The translations under genes were made by a program, and so were the position numbers. The notes below the pieces were generated by a model that made no database searches, had not been told where the DNA came from, and worked only from the letters and a program-made list of their open reading frames with translations. 64,000 bases of DNA from an uncultured Pseudobdellovibrionaceae bacterium (lineage in GTDB: Bacteria > Pseudomonadota > Alphaproteobacteria > Micavibrionales > Micavibrionaceae): the NCBI GenBank assembly GCA_964520985.1, contig CAZFPB010000002.1, forward strand, positions 150,115 to 214,114, read 5' to 3'. Shown piece after piece: positions 24,894 to 34,597 of the stretch (the first letter of the stretch is position 1; each line of letters begins with the position of its first letter).

Positions 24894-25451
24894 ATGCTAA
24901 CAAACAAAGAAGATATCCAACATTGGCTTAAAGATCATTATGTGTCTAATTATGTTATTAATGATGATTTAACTGTCGATGTCAAAAGTATAGGTGTCGA
25001 TCTCGATAGTCATCAATTGGAATCACTGCCAGTTCAATTCGGACGAGTTGAAGGATACTTTCTTTGTGGGAATAACAAGTTAAAGACGTTACAAGGTGCA
25101 CCTACGTACTGTTCAGTGATGAGATGTCACAACAATTTTCTGTCGACGTTGGAATACGTTCCTAAAACTATTTTAAGTGTACTTGAATGTAGTGGAAATC
25201 CTATTATTGAATATAGATCAGTGTATAAAAACATATCGTGGGTGCAAACTGTCATACTACCATCGTCACCATGTCCTGGGTTTTTATATTGGTTAACAAT
25301 TCCTGGGTTACAAGAAATTAGTCTTCCTTTAAACATGTTCAATGAATTATTCATAGGAATCGTTCAAACAAATTTGCATGATGGTCGTAATTTGTTGCGA
25401 TGTCAAGAGGAGTTAATTGATGCTGGGTTGTCTAAATGGGCGATATTGTGA
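24894..25451 (+). CDS. paralogous repeat-family protein (family A)
   Basis: N-terminal MLTNKEDIQHWLK...INDDLTVDV, internal GxFxCxxNxL(K/T)TLQGAP repeats, C-terminal LLRCQEELIDAGLSKWAIL. Confidence 0.6.
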   Translation: MLTNKEDIQHWLKDHYVSNYVINDDLTVDVKSIGVDLDSHQLESLPVQFGRVEGYFLCGNNKLKTLQGAPTYCSVMRCHNNFLSTLEYVPKTILSVLECSGNPIIEYRSVYKNISWVQTVILPSSPCPGFLYWLTIPGLQEISLPLNMFNELFIGIVQTNLHDGRNLLRCQEELIDAGLSKWAIL

Positions 25452-25462
25452 CAGAGCATCAA

Positions 25463-26092
25463 ATGTTGACTAATAAAAAAGATATCGCCAAATGGCTCAA
25501 AGCTCACAATGTATATAAATTTGCCATTAATGATGATCTAACAGTAGATACGTTCGAAAGTGTAGTTTTCCCACGGAAAAAAATATCATCGTTGCCTGTA
25601 AAGTTTAATGAAGTACATGGTAATTTTTTCTGTGTTGGTACTCAGTTAACTACATTATTTGGATGCCCAACTAAAGTCAGTAGCATATTTGATTGCAGTT
25701 TTAATTTTATAACTAATTTAGATTATGCTCCTATTTCATGTGATGCATTTGTATGCGACACAAATCCGATTACAGATTTAACACCGTTAAAACATTGTCG
25801 TTTTAATCATTTGCATTGTATAGATCTCTTAGTTAAGTCATATCGTAATATTTTAGATATTGTAAAGTACTGCAAGACAATTTCAGTTACTGGGTCTGTT
25901 CCAGGAATTCCTTGTATTGCAGAAATTCCTGGGATGATACAAATTGGTATTCATGATGGTACTTATAATTCTTCTTATAAACAGGATAGAGTACCTATAA
26001 TTCGTTGGTTTGATGTTTTGCAACACAATGACATTCTATCGTTTCAAGAATTGCTATTTGAAAGTGGATTTCCACAGTGGACTAAAATGTGA
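25463..26092 (+). CDS. paralogous repeat-family protein (family A)
   Basis: Start at ATG 25463 by analogy (MLTNKKDIAKWLK). C-terminal LLFESGFPQWTKM is a divergent copy of the motif. Confidence 0.55.
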   Translation: MLTNKKDIAKWLKAHNVYKFAINDDLTVDTFESVVFPRKKISSLPVKFNEVHGNFFCVGTQLTTLFGCPTKVSSIFDCSFNFITNLDYAPISCDAFVCDTNPITDLTPLKHCRFNHLHCIDLLVKSYRNILDIVKYCKTISVTGSVPGIPCIAEIPGMIQIGIHDGTYNSSYKQDRVPIIRWFDVLQHNDILSFQELLFESGFPQWTKM

Positions 26093-26493
26093 CAAAGCAG
26101 ATATTAACATCTAATTATGCCCGCCATAAACATGATCCAAATGCTTATGGGATAAGTGTTCCAGGGTTACCGAGATGGTACACAGGAAAGCGTCTCAAAT
26201 TCCTTGCTCCAACCTGGGAAATTGTTAAGCAATATAAAATCGACGACCATAATGTAGGTAGACACGAAGCAGAACAGTTATACATCAATCGGTATTTTGA
26301 TTTGTTATTAAACGAACGTGGTTTAACAGCTCAATCCATATACGATCAAATCCCAGATCAGGCAATTCTGTTGTGTTATGAGAAGCCAGAAGATTTTTGT
26401 CATCGTCGTTTACTTGCTGAGTTTTTGGAGTTAGAATTAGGTATTAACGTACCAGAAGTGGCACTAATACCACAGAGCGGATTTGAAGAATGA
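26089..26493 (+). CDS. DUF488-like protein
   Basis: C-terminal EDFCHRRLLAEFLE resembles the DUF488 CHRxxLA signature; 134 aa. Confidence 0.35.
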   Translation: MTKQILTSNYARHKHDPNAYGISVPGLPRWYTGKRLKFLAPTWEIVKQYKIDDHNVGRHEAEQLYINRYFDLLLNERGLTAQSIYDQIPDQAILLCYEKPEDFCHRRLLAEFLELELGINVPEVALIPQSGFEE

Positions 26494-26753
26494 TTCCAAT
26501 ACGATTGCGAAACAAGATAACTATATCATGCTATGCGATGGTTAGTGGATTATTTGCAGACATGCATAATCCAAAATGTCGTGGATCTAAGTTTAGTTGG
26601 GATAACTTTGCAGACATGGCTGGCTGTCATTGCGAAGCTAATATATTTGTCCACATACCAGTTCCTGACAAATACAAAACTGCTGTTCAACAAAACGCAA
26701 AAATTCTTGGTCTTACTATTGCTCAAACCCTTGTACAACGGATGACTGAATAA
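26490..26753 (+). CDS. hypothetical protein
   Basis: 87 aa, Cys/His-containing. Confidence 0.35.
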   Translation: MIPIRLRNKITISCYAMVSGLFADMHNPKCRGSKFSWDNFADMAGCHCEANIFVHIPVPDKYKTAVQQNAKILGLTIAQTLVQRMTE

Positions 26754-27385
26754 TGCACTTTGATCACATGTATGGCCGCCTCGAATATGCAATGCATAAC
26801 ATCACTAACCACAACGTCGGTGAAGTTATTGCTGTTGGTGTTCCAAATTACTTCAACGTATATCAAGTACAACAGCATCCTAAAACCAACGAAATGTATT
26901 TAAGTGATTGCAAAGGAACACATAACAATTGGGAACGTAAGATTTACGTTCCCCGTAACTTTTCTTGTATCAAATACGGTTTCGATCTACATGGTGTATT
27001 GGATACGTTTGATCACTATTGCACCATGGCTACCTTGATGAAACGTGCTGGGCATGAAGTTCATGTGATCACAGGGATGAAACAATCTCCTGAGGTTGAA
27101 CACCAACTGAAAAAATTAGGTGTGGAATATACACACTATTTTTCTATTGTTGATTATCTGGAACCGAGTGGAATCGTCACATGGGATAATGGGATGCCAT
27201 GGACTGATGACACCAAAGCGTGGAATGAAGCGAAAGCCCACTATTGCATTGAACACAAAATTGATGTATTGTTTGATGATTCAGAAATTTATCGTCAAGT
27301 GTTTAATGACCTTAATGTACCAACCACATTTTGTTTGGTAAACAATCCGAACAGAAAAATATATGCAACAAGACAACCAAAATAA
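26753..27385 (+). CDS. HAD-superfamily hydrolase-like (possible 5'-nucleotidase)
   Basis: FDLHGVLDTF resembles HAD motif I; VLFDDSE is a motif-IV-like DD. Confidence 0.35.
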   Translation: MHFDHMYGRLEYAMHNITNHNVGEVIAVGVPNYFNVYQVQQHPKTNEMYLSDCKGTHNNWERKIYVPRNFSCIKYGFDLHGVLDTFDHYCTMATLMKRAGHEVHVITGMKQSPEVEHQLKKLGVEYTHYFSIVDYLEPSGIVTWDNGMPWTDDTKAWNEAKAHYCIEHKIDVLFDDSEIYRQVFNDLNVPTTFCLVNNPNRKIYATRQPK

Positions 27386-27403
27386 CAAAAGGATAAAGAT
27401 GTT

Positions 27404-28465
27404 ATGGCAGGTTTACAGAAAAAAGTAATTCAGCGGTATATCAAAGACCGTACTAACTTTTGGGCGATGTCTATTAAGCGTCCTGATTGTTTGAAAGAGA
27501 TTCTCAAGCTGGATTGGGTTGAATCTGCAGATGAAACCAGCGAAGAAGATGAGAAGAAAATTCGTCAATTCCAACAAGACATTATCGACCATATTGTAGT
27601 AACTGGCGGTTGCCTTGTTTCGATGTTGCTTGGTGAAGAAGTCAATGATGTTGATATCTATTTTACCGACCGTGACATTGCTCGTAAGGTAGCTCAATAC
27701 TATCTTAATGTAATGGCAATGGAAGGTGATATTGCTAAAACTTTCCACGTAAGCGACATTGGTGTTAAAGATAGCGAAACTGGCATTGACATCATGATTC
27801 GCAGTCAAGGCGTTGCTGGTCAAGAAATTACTGAGAAGTCATCTCACGAATACCGTTATTTCGAAATGGAAGCGGATAACGTGGTTGAAGATTTCTTTAA
27901 AGCATATGCAAGACAGCGTTCAAAGAAAGACCTTCCTAAGCATTCTGTTGCCTACATGACGTCCAATGCAATTTCATTGGAAAACGGAATCCAACTGATT
28001 TTCCGTTTTGTTGGTAATGTTGACGAAATTCATAAGAATTTTGATTTTATTCACTGCACCAATTATTGGACAATTGGTACTGGGGTTGTTTATCGGGCGG
28101 AAGCACTGCAAGCAATCCTTGAAAAGCGTTTAGTGTATATTGGTTCTCTGTTTCCAGTATCGGCATTGTTCCGTGTTCGTAAATTTATTGGACGTGGTTA
28201 TCGGATTTCTGCAGGTGAGATTGTTAAAATAGCGTTTGATATTTCCAAACTTGACTTGGAAGACGTTACAACGTTACGCCAGCAATTGATTGGATGTGAT
28301 TCTGCGTACTTTAATGAAGTGATTTCTGTAATTAAAGACGGAGTCGCAGGCGGCCGCGCCCTGGATCGCACATATTTGATTGAAGTGTTGGATCGAGTAT
28401 TCAAAGATGAAATTGTTCAAATTGAAACTGATTCGATGCTGAATGACGAAAAAGATGGCGGTTAA
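27404..28465 (+). CDS. Pol-beta-superfamily nucleotidyltransferase (minimal NTase fold), specificity unknown
   Basis: VVTGGCLVSMLLGEEVNDVDIYF fits hG[GS]x9-13Dh[DE]h. A downstream acidic residue lies in TGIDIMIR. 353 aa. Confidence 0.5.
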   Translation: MAGLQKKVIQRYIKDRTNFWAMSIKRPDCLKEILKLDWVESADETSEEDEKKIRQFQQDIIDHIVVTGGCLVSMLLGEEVNDVDIYFTDRDIARKVAQYYLNVMAMEGDIAKTFHVSDIGVKDSETGIDIMIRSQGVAGQEITEKSSHEYRYFEMEADNVVEDFFKAYARQRSKKDLPKHSVAYMTSNAISLENGIQLIFRFVGNVDEIHKNFDFIHCTNYWTIGTGVVYRAEALQAILEKRLVYIGSLFPVSALFRVRKFIGRGYRISAGEIVKIAFDISKLDLEDVTTLRQQLIGCDSAYFNEVISVIKDGVAGGRALDRTYLIEVLDRVFKDEIVQIETDSMLNDEKDGG

Positions 28466-28467
28466 TC

Positions 28468-28848
28468 ATGGCTAACGGAGAACGTGAATTGTTGTTCTCC
28501 GTTACTGCTGCCGATTGTGATTGGTCTTACACGAAAGGTTCTGGTAACGGAGGGCAGAAGAAAAACAAAACCAGTTCTGCTGTCCACTGCAAACATAGAG
28601 CGAGCGGTGCTCGTGGTTATGCTGAAGATTCGAGAAGTCAACGTGAAAATAAACAGTTGGCTTTTGAACGTATGGTCAATACGCCAGAATTTAAAAAATG
28701 GCACCAACTGGAAGTGATGCGAATAACTGGTCAACAAGCTGCAATTGAAGATGCAGTTAATCGTGAAATGAAAAAAATCAAGGTTGAGGTTATTCAAGAT
28801 GGAAAATGGACCGAAGTCGATAGAGACGCTGTTCTTCCAGACGAGTGA
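28468..28848 (+). CDS. GGQ-motif peptidyl-tRNA hydrolase domain protein (RF-1 domain, ArfB/YaeJ-like)
   Basis: YTKGSGNGGQKKNKTSSAVHCKHRASG parallels the SGPGGQxVNKxxSAV catalytic loop of release factors / ArfB. 126 aa with a basic C-terminus. Confidence 0.6.
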   Translation: MANGERELLFSVTAADCDWSYTKGSGNGGQKKNKTSSAVHCKHRASGARGYAEDSRSQRENKQLAFERMVNTPEFKKWHQLEVMRITGQQAAIEDAVNREMKKIKVEVIQDGKWTEVDRDAVLPDE

Positions 28849-28852
28849 GGAC

Positions 28853-29059
28853 ATGTCGACACGTGCGAAAGTGCGTCGTCATCTTATGTATGACTATTTT
28901 GTTCATAAAGATTCCACCACATCTCAATTCTATCTTGATAAACTGGAACGAATGAGTGACGAAACGCTGGAACAGCTTTACGACAAACTGTTCCAGTTTA
29001 AAGGTTTTCAAGAGTGGGTTAAATTCTTACACCAACAATTGGATCAACAAGATGAGTAA
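28853..29059 (+). CDS. hypothetical small protein
   Basis: Start moved to ATG 28853 (RBS GAGGA). Confidence 0.35.
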   Translation: MSTRAKVRRHLMYDYFVHKDSTTSQFYLDKLERMSDETLEQLYDKLFQFKGFQEWVKFLHQQLDQQDE

Positions 29060-29507
29060 CGTCATTTTTCTGGATGTTGATGGTGTAATGGCACCTACCA
29101 AGATGGTATTTCATCCTTCTCATGTAAAAGGATCTGTCATTAATATTTTTGATCCAGTTGCTGTTGGAATGATTAATCAATTGCCGATGGATGTGGGACC
29201 GTGCAGTATTGTACTGACAAGTGTATGGCGTAAACAAGGATTCGATCGTTGTCAGGCTATGTTCTCAATGAACAAAGTAACAGTTCCGTTTCATGAACAA
29301 TGGTGTACAGATCCTACAATGTCAAATCGGACAAGGTCAATCACAGAATGGATTGATCAATATGGTGCTTCAGGTTATCGATATCTGGTAGTAGATGATG
29401 AAGCGTTGGATTGTACTATAGGTCATTTGTTTCTTCGTACTTGTACTGATAACGGATTTATGTTTTCCGATTATGAAGAAATGAGATTAATTTTGGAGAC
29501 ACAATAA
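29052..29507 (+). CDS. HAD-superfamily phosphatase-like protein
   Basis: N-terminal MSNVIFLDVDGVM is a DxDG(T/V) motif I. Confidence 0.5.
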   Translation: MSNVIFLDVDGVMAPTKMVFHPSHVKGSVINIFDPVAVGMINQLPMDVGPCSIVLTSVWRKQGFDRCQAMFSMNKVTVPFHEQWCTDPTMSNRTRSITEWIDQYGASGYRYLVVDDEALDCTIGHLFLRTCTDNGFMFSDYEEMRLILETQ

Positions 29508-30359
29508 ATGGGTTGTTGGAATGAAACTTGTGCCATCACAAATCTGCCAATTCTGTATGGTGAAGCTGTCTATGGGTTAATGTTATCTCAATGGCCTGCT
29601 GATGCGTATTCCAGTCGCGGGTGTCATGCTGGTGATTTTTGGCAATTGTTGCCTTGCATGGTTCAAGGCAATTATGACGATTATGGTCGTGTTGAAGACA
29701 TTGATGATCTTGATCTTGAATTAATCCGTAAACATCAAAGATTGTGTGATATTGATGGTGATAAACTTGAAGATATCACACAAGAATTATTATTCAAGTT
29801 AGAGAAAGATGGTAAATTATTTCATGCAAACATATACGGTTCCGCCCCCCGACTCGTTCAATTTATTATGATCAAGAAGACAGTAATTGATGATATCAAA
29901 TCAAATTTCAAATTGAAGTATCACTATCCGGTCAGAGAGTATACGTACCAACAAATAGTTGATACGATGATTGAGTATTGCAATAACTATGCTCAATCGT
30001 TAAAAGTAGATGATTATAGCGATACATTGTTGAACTATGACCCAAGTATTGGAAGAAAAGTAGATCCATTTGCAAAATCTATTTTACAAAATTGTAGAAG
30101 TAGTGTGATAGATTGGCATCGTGTTGCTAACCAAGATCAAAAGTCTATTGAACGGAATTGTGAATATATCACTTTGAAAGTGTTGTTGGATAATTTACTG
30201 GACGGTAGTCGTCAATTGTGGAGTCCAACAGCAGGTAAAGGCTCGCAGGATACAGAAACTGACATTCACAGATATATTGCTAATTTGGTGTTGAGCCAAG
30301 CTGATATCGTTGATAAACAATCGTGTTATGACGACGAAATGGACGAAGATGATGAGTGA
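29508..30359 (+). CDS. hypothetical protein with acidic C-terminus
   Basis: 283 aa; TAAATG overlap. Confidence 0.45.
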   Translation: MGCWNETCAITNLPILYGEAVYGLMLSQWPADAYSSRGCHAGDFWQLLPCMVQGNYDDYGRVEDIDDLDLELIRKHQRLCDIDGDKLEDITQELLFKLEKDGKLFHANIYGSAPRLVQFIMIKKTVIDDIKSNFKLKYHYPVREYTYQQIVDTMIEYCNNYAQSLKVDDYSDTLLNYDPSIGRKVDPFAKSILQNCRSSVIDWHRVANQDQKSIERNCEYITLKVLLDNLLDGSRQLWSPTAGKGSQDTETDIHRYIANLVLSQADIVDKQSCYDDEMDEDDE

Positions 30360-30681
30360 CAATGATGATTTTGTACAACAAGTGAATCAAGTAATTCACG
30401 ATTCGACTCAACACCTGCGTGATTTATTGACTAAAGTCAATTATCTAACGGCTGAACAAAACATTGACTATTTAAACAAAGTTGGTAATGTATTAACGAA
30501 TATTTGTACAGTTCAACAATCGCTCATTAATCATTTAAATGAGCGAGTAACCAACAAAGATAGAATATTCGAAGAAATCGTTTCTACACTTCGCGTGATG
30601 GCAGATAAGATGAACGACACGGATGACACAGCATCTCGTGCGTTACACATGATTCAAAAATATACAGGAAAACTACCATGA
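30349..30681 (+). CDS. hypothetical protein
   Basis: Start at ATG 30349 (MMSDNDD). Confidence 0.4.
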   Translation: MMSDNDDFVQQVNQVIHDSTQHLRDLLTKVNYLTAEQNIDYLNKVGNVLTNICTVQQSLINHLNERVTNKDRIFEEIVSTLRVMADKMNDTDDTASRALHMIQKYTGKLP

Positions 30682-31070
30682 ACTATCCAAAACAAATTAT
30701 TGTGATTCGAAAGGATCTCAATATGAGAAAAGGTAAAATGGTTTCTCAAGGTGCACATGCATCTATGGGAGCCGTGTTATCTGTAATGCAAAAAGAATAT
30801 CCGGATATGTGGCATTTGGCCATGGATAAACATCCAGCTCTTCAAGAATGGTTGAATGGACCATTCACTAAAATTACTGTGTCAGTTGACAGTGAACAAG
30901 AACTATTGGATCTGCAGGAAAAAGCAAAAGAAGCAGGTTTTATTAATTGTCTGATTACTGACAATGGCACTACTGAGTTCGGTGGCGTTCCGACTAACAC
31001 TGCACTTGCGATTGGACCTGCATACAGTGATGAACTTGCTCCACTGACTGGACATTTGAAACTGCTATGA
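30678..31070 (+). CDS. peptidyl-tRNA hydrolase, PTH2 family
   Basis: QIIVIRKDLNMRKGKMVSQGAHAS matches the PTH2 signature (vvRxDLxMxxGKxaAQxxHA). 130 aa. Confidence 0.6.
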   Translation: MNYPKQIIVIRKDLNMRKGKMVSQGAHASMGAVLSVMQKEYPDMWHLAMDKHPALQEWLNGPFTKITVSVDSEQELLDLQEKAKEAGFINCLITDNGTTEFGGVPTNTALAIGPAYSDELAPLTGHLKLL

Positions 31071-31279
31071 CAATTCCTTCTGATGTATGGATCGAATTCG
31101 ATCATCTTATTTGGCATAGTGGTGAAGTAATTCCCGTTCGAGCGCAAGTTCTGTTAATTGCGCTCGAACGTCGAACGATGCGGGTACGTATGTTTCGAAA
31201 AGATAATGGTGAATATTTCACGACAGTTGATCGTGATGCGGATGTATTTTTTGAAAACTATAGTATAGTGCCCAAGTAA
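31067..31279 (+). CDS. hypothetical small protein
   Basis: 70 aa. Confidence 0.35.
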   Translation: MTIPSDVWIEFDHLIWHSGEVIPVRAQVLLIALERRTMRVRMFRKDNGEYFTTVDRDADVFFENYSIVPK

Positions 31280-31337
31280 CACAACTATAACAGATGTGTT
31301 TTAACCTTTCTAAAAAATCTTTTGGAGAACAAAAACA

Positions 31338-32663
31338 ATGTTCGTTACCACAGTAACTGTTGCACTCATTGGCTTCTTGGTTTGGATGTTGGTGGCATTT
31401 GCACTTCGTAAAGTCGTACCGACTAATGAAGTTCATATTGTCCAATCTGCTAAACAAACAATTTCTTATGGTAAAGACCATGCTGCAGGAAACACTTATT
31501 ACAAGGTTCCAAGTTGGATTCCTCGTTATGGTGTAACCACAATTATGCTTCCTGTTTCCAACTTCGACCAAGACTTGCCTGCGTACGATGCGTATGACCG
31601 TGGGCGCGTTCCGTTCGTCGTTGATATCAAAGCATTCTTCCGAATCGACAATCCAGAAATGGCTGCGCAGCGGGTGTCGTCTTTCAATGAACTATTGGAA
31701 CAACTGCGTGCAATTCTTCAAGGTGCTATTCGTAGTATTCTGGCATCTAAGGATATTGAAGAAATCCTTCAAGGTCGCAGTGAAATTGGTACAATGTTTA
31801 CTGAGGAAGTTGATGAACAACTGAAACAGTGGGGTGTTAGCACTGTCAAAAACATTGAACTAATGGACATTCGTGACTCAGCGGGTTCGCAAGTTATTGC
31901 GAATATCATGGAGAAGAAAAAGTCTCTGATTGAAAAAGAAAGCCGTATTGAAGTGGCAAATAACAAAAAAGAAGCAAGCATTGCTGAAATTAGTGCAGCT
32001 CGCGACACCGAAATTCAACGACAAGCTGCCGCTCAGCAAATCGGTGAACGTACTGCTCAGAAAGACCAAGCAATTGGTATTGCAAATGAGCAGGCTCAGC
32101 AGAACATTAAAGAGCAGCAGAAAGTAACTACCGAAAAAGAAATTGCAGTTGTTAAAGTTGCTGAAACTGGTCGTGCTCAGGTTCAACGTGAAGTGCAAGT
32201 TATTGCTGCTAATCAACAACGCGAAACCGAAGTTATTAAAGCTGAAGGTCAGAAGCAAACTACCGTTCTGGTTGCTGAAGGTAATCTGCAAAGCACTCGA
32301 CTGGAAGCTGAAGGTATTCAAGCAGAAGGTGTGGCTCGTGCTGATGCTGAGAAAGCAATGCAACTGGCACCTGTTGAAGCGCAGATCGTTCTTGCGAAAG
32401 AAATTGGTGAAAACCAAGGTTACCAGCAATATCTGATTAGCGTCCGCACGATCGAAAAAGATCAAGTTGTTGGTATCGAACAAGCCAAAGCTCTGTCTGA
32501 TGCAGACATCAAAGTTATCGCAAACAGCGGTGATGTTAACAGCGGCATGAACAGCGTGATGGATCTGCTGTCTGCCAAAGGTGGAACTGCTCTGGGTGCT
32601 GCTGTGGAAGCATTCAAACAGACTCCTGCTGGTGAAGCCTTGCTTAACAACATCGGTAAATAA
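31338..32663 (+). CDS. SPFH/band-7 (flotillin/YqiK-like) membrane protein
   Basis: N-terminal TM helix (VTVALIGFLVWMLVAFAL). SPFH-like core (RVPFVVDIKAFFRIDNPEMAAQRV). A long Ala/Gln/Glu coiled-coil and a C-terminal Gly/Ala tail. 441 aa. Confidence 0.55.
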   Translation: MFVTTVTVALIGFLVWMLVAFALRKVVPTNEVHIVQSAKQTISYGKDHAAGNTYYKVPSWIPRYGVTTIMLPVSNFDQDLPAYDAYDRGRVPFVVDIKAFFRIDNPEMAAQRVSSFNELLEQLRAILQGAIRSILASKDIEEILQGRSEIGTMFTEEVDEQLKQWGVSTVKNIELMDIRDSAGSQVIANIMEKKKSLIEKESRIEVANNKKEASIAEISAARDTEIQRQAAAQQIGERTAQKDQAIGIANEQAQQNIKEQQKVTTEKEIAVVKVAETGRAQVQREVQVIAANQQRETEVIKAEGQKQTTVLVAEGNLQSTRLEAEGIQAEGVARADAEKAMQLAPVEAQIVLAKEIGENQGYQQYLISVRTIEKDQVVGIEQAKALSDADIKVIANSGDVNSGMNSVMDLLSAKGGTALGAAVEAFKQTPAGEALLNNIGK

Positions 32664-32693
32664 CTCTCCTGGTTGACCTGTAGTTAAAAAGAA

Positions 32694-32718
32694 GGGACAG
32701 TAAAATGTCCCTTTTTTC
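32694..32718 (+). terminator. rho-independent terminator
   Basis: GGGACA-GTAAAA-TGTCCC followed by TTTTTTCG. Confidence 0.7.
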
Positions 32719-32755
32719 GTTTTAACGACATTATAGTTTCGATAAGGTGCTCTAA

Positions 32756-33142
32756 ATGACAATCACTGTACCTATTTTGCCGGTTGATACTCCTACGATT
32801 AACAATCGGATTTATACAACTGAAGCTGTGGAACAAGCATTACAGAAAGTGAAAGAGCCAGTATTTGGTGGATTTGTTAATGATTATGAAGGCATTGATA
32901 TCGCTATAGAAAATTATGCATTTCGTGCATCAAATCTTAGAATTCACGATGGAAATGTTATTGCTGAAATTGAAATTCTTAACACACCGAAAGGTTTGGT
33001 ATTAGAAGATTTGCTGAATAGTGTTTGTCCAATGAGATTTGCAGCAGCAGGTACATGTAGAATTGAGAATCAACAGATAACCGAATACGAAATCCGTACT
33101 GTACAATTAGTTGCTGAGGGCGTATTTGAAGAAGGAAATTAA
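32756..33142 (+). CDS. hypothetical protein
   Basis: 128 aa. Confidence 0.4.
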   Translation: MTITVPILPVDTPTINNRIYTTEAVEQALQKVKEPVFGGFVNDYEGIDIAIENYAFRASNLRIHDGNVIAEIEILNTPKGLVLEDLLNSVCPMRFAAAGTCRIENQQITEYEIRTVQLVAEGVFEEGN

Positions 33143-33143
33143 T

Positions 33144-34166
33144 ATGGATAAGTTATTAACACGTGATCAGTTTCGAACTCAGGTATTCGAAAGGGATAAA
33201 CATAAGTGCGTGTTTTGTGACAACCCTGCAGTAGATGCGCATCACATTATGGAACGTAGATTATGGCCTGATGGTGGTTATTATCTATCTAATGGTGCAA
33301 GTGTTTGTCAAACACATCACATTATGTGTGAGACGACGGAAATTTCACTAGATGACGTTCGTGAAGCGTGTGGAATTCTTAAACCAATCATTCCGCCACA
33401 TTTGTATGGTGATCAGCCATATGACAAATGGGGCAATCCTATTCTTGCAAATGGGCAACGAGTAATTGGTGAATTGTTCTTTGACGAAAGCGTTCAAAAA
33501 ATTCTCGGTCAAGGTAAAGTTCTTGATCTGTTTACCCATTATGTCAAATATCCAAGAACCCATCATTTGCACTGGTCGGAAAATGTTAATGACGATGATC
33601 GTGTAATTGAATCGTTAAAACATTTTGAAGGAGAACGAGTTATTGTCACCACTAAGATGGATGGTGAAAGTACTACGATGTACACCGACTATATACATGC
33701 TCGCAGTGTTGACGGTCGTTCTCACCCATCACGAGATTATGTCAAACAACTGTGGAGCAGGTTTGCACACGATATTCCTGAACGGTGGCGAATTTGTGGT
33801 GAGAATCTGTATGCTCGTCACTCAATTACATATGATGACCTTCCAAGCTATTTGATGGGTTTTTCTGTATGGAATGAACGAAACGTTGCGTTGTCGTGGG
33901 ATGACACTGTCGAATGGTTTGAGTTACTTGGAATTGAATGTGTTCCTGTATTGTATGATGGTATCTGGAATGAAACTACTATTAAGCAGTTGTGGAATTC
34001 ATCGATGTGGGACAATTGCGAAGGATATGTAGTTCGAGTAGCTGATGAGATTACATACGGGGACTTTCGTCATAAAGTCGGCAAGTTTGTAAGGAAAGAT
34101 CACATTCAAACGATTAAACATTGGATGTATGGACAACCTATTGTTCCTAATAAATTGAGGAAGTAG
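33144..34166 (+). CDS. HNH-nuclease-domain / RNA-ligase (nucleotidyltransferase KxDG) fusion protein
   Basis: Start at ATG 33144 (RBS AAGGAA). N-terminal CVFCDNPAVDAHHIMERRLWPDGGYYLSNGASVCQTHH is an HNH motif. Central VIVTTKMDGEST is the ligase motif I (KxDG). 341 aa. Confidence 0.5.
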   Translation: MDKLLTRDQFRTQVFERDKHKCVFCDNPAVDAHHIMERRLWPDGGYYLSNGASVCQTHHIMCETTEISLDDVREACGILKPIIPPHLYGDQPYDKWGNPILANGQRVIGELFFDESVQKILGQGKVLDLFTHYVKYPRTHHLHWSENVNDDDRVIESLKHFEGERVIVTTKMDGESTTMYTDYIHARSVDGRSHPSRDYVKQLWSRFAHDIPERWRICGENLYARHSITYDDLPSYLMGFSVWNERNVALSWDDTVEWFELLGIECVPVLYDGIWNETTIKQLWNSSMWDNCEGYVVRVADEITYGDFRHKVGKFVRKDHIQTIKHWMYGQPIVPNKLRK

Positions 34167-34168
34167 TA

Positions 34169-34597
34169 ATGCTGTGTATAAACTGTGGCGGAACTCTCTG
34201 TACAACTGTAGACAGTGTTAAACAGACATCACTGTTACTTGGCTGTTTGTTAACTGATCCTGTTGAAGTCGAAAAGTGCATGAACTGTGACAAAATTGTA
34301 TTTCCGTACTATTCAGCAAAACAGGTGGGTGAATTCGTACGACACGCGGAACAAAAAGCAATTGAACAACTGCCAATTGGCGAATTTATTACGATTAAAC
34401 AGGTTAGTGAAATTCTTGAAATTTCTATCGAGAAAATTCGAGATGATAAACGAATTTCACGTGGATTTATCATTCAGCATAAAGTTGGACCAGTAACACT
34501 TTATTTCCGACCATCAGTTGAACGATATAAACAAATTGGTGATGGTAGGATCCTTTTACGGAAGACATCAATCAATGAACGTGGGTATCTACCATAA
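34169..34597 (+). CDS. hypothetical protein with N-terminal Cys4 zinc ribbon
   Basis: CINCGG...CMNCDK; 142 aa. Confidence 0.4.
   Translation: MLCINCGGTLCTTVDSVKQTSLLLGCLLTDPVEVEKCMNCDKIVFPYYSAKQVGEFVRHAEQKAIEQLPIGEFITIKQVSEILEISIEKIRDDKRISRGFIIQHKVGPVTLYFRPSVERYKQIGDGRILLRKTSINERGYLP

Noticed and set aside
31878-32762. 294-aa - strand ORF antisense to the flotillin-like gene (plus 31769-32008, 32462-32653)
   Set aside because: Low-complexity Phe/Asn/Ser-rich mirror of the Ala/Gln/Glu coiled-coil coding region; no RBS; would run against the operon.
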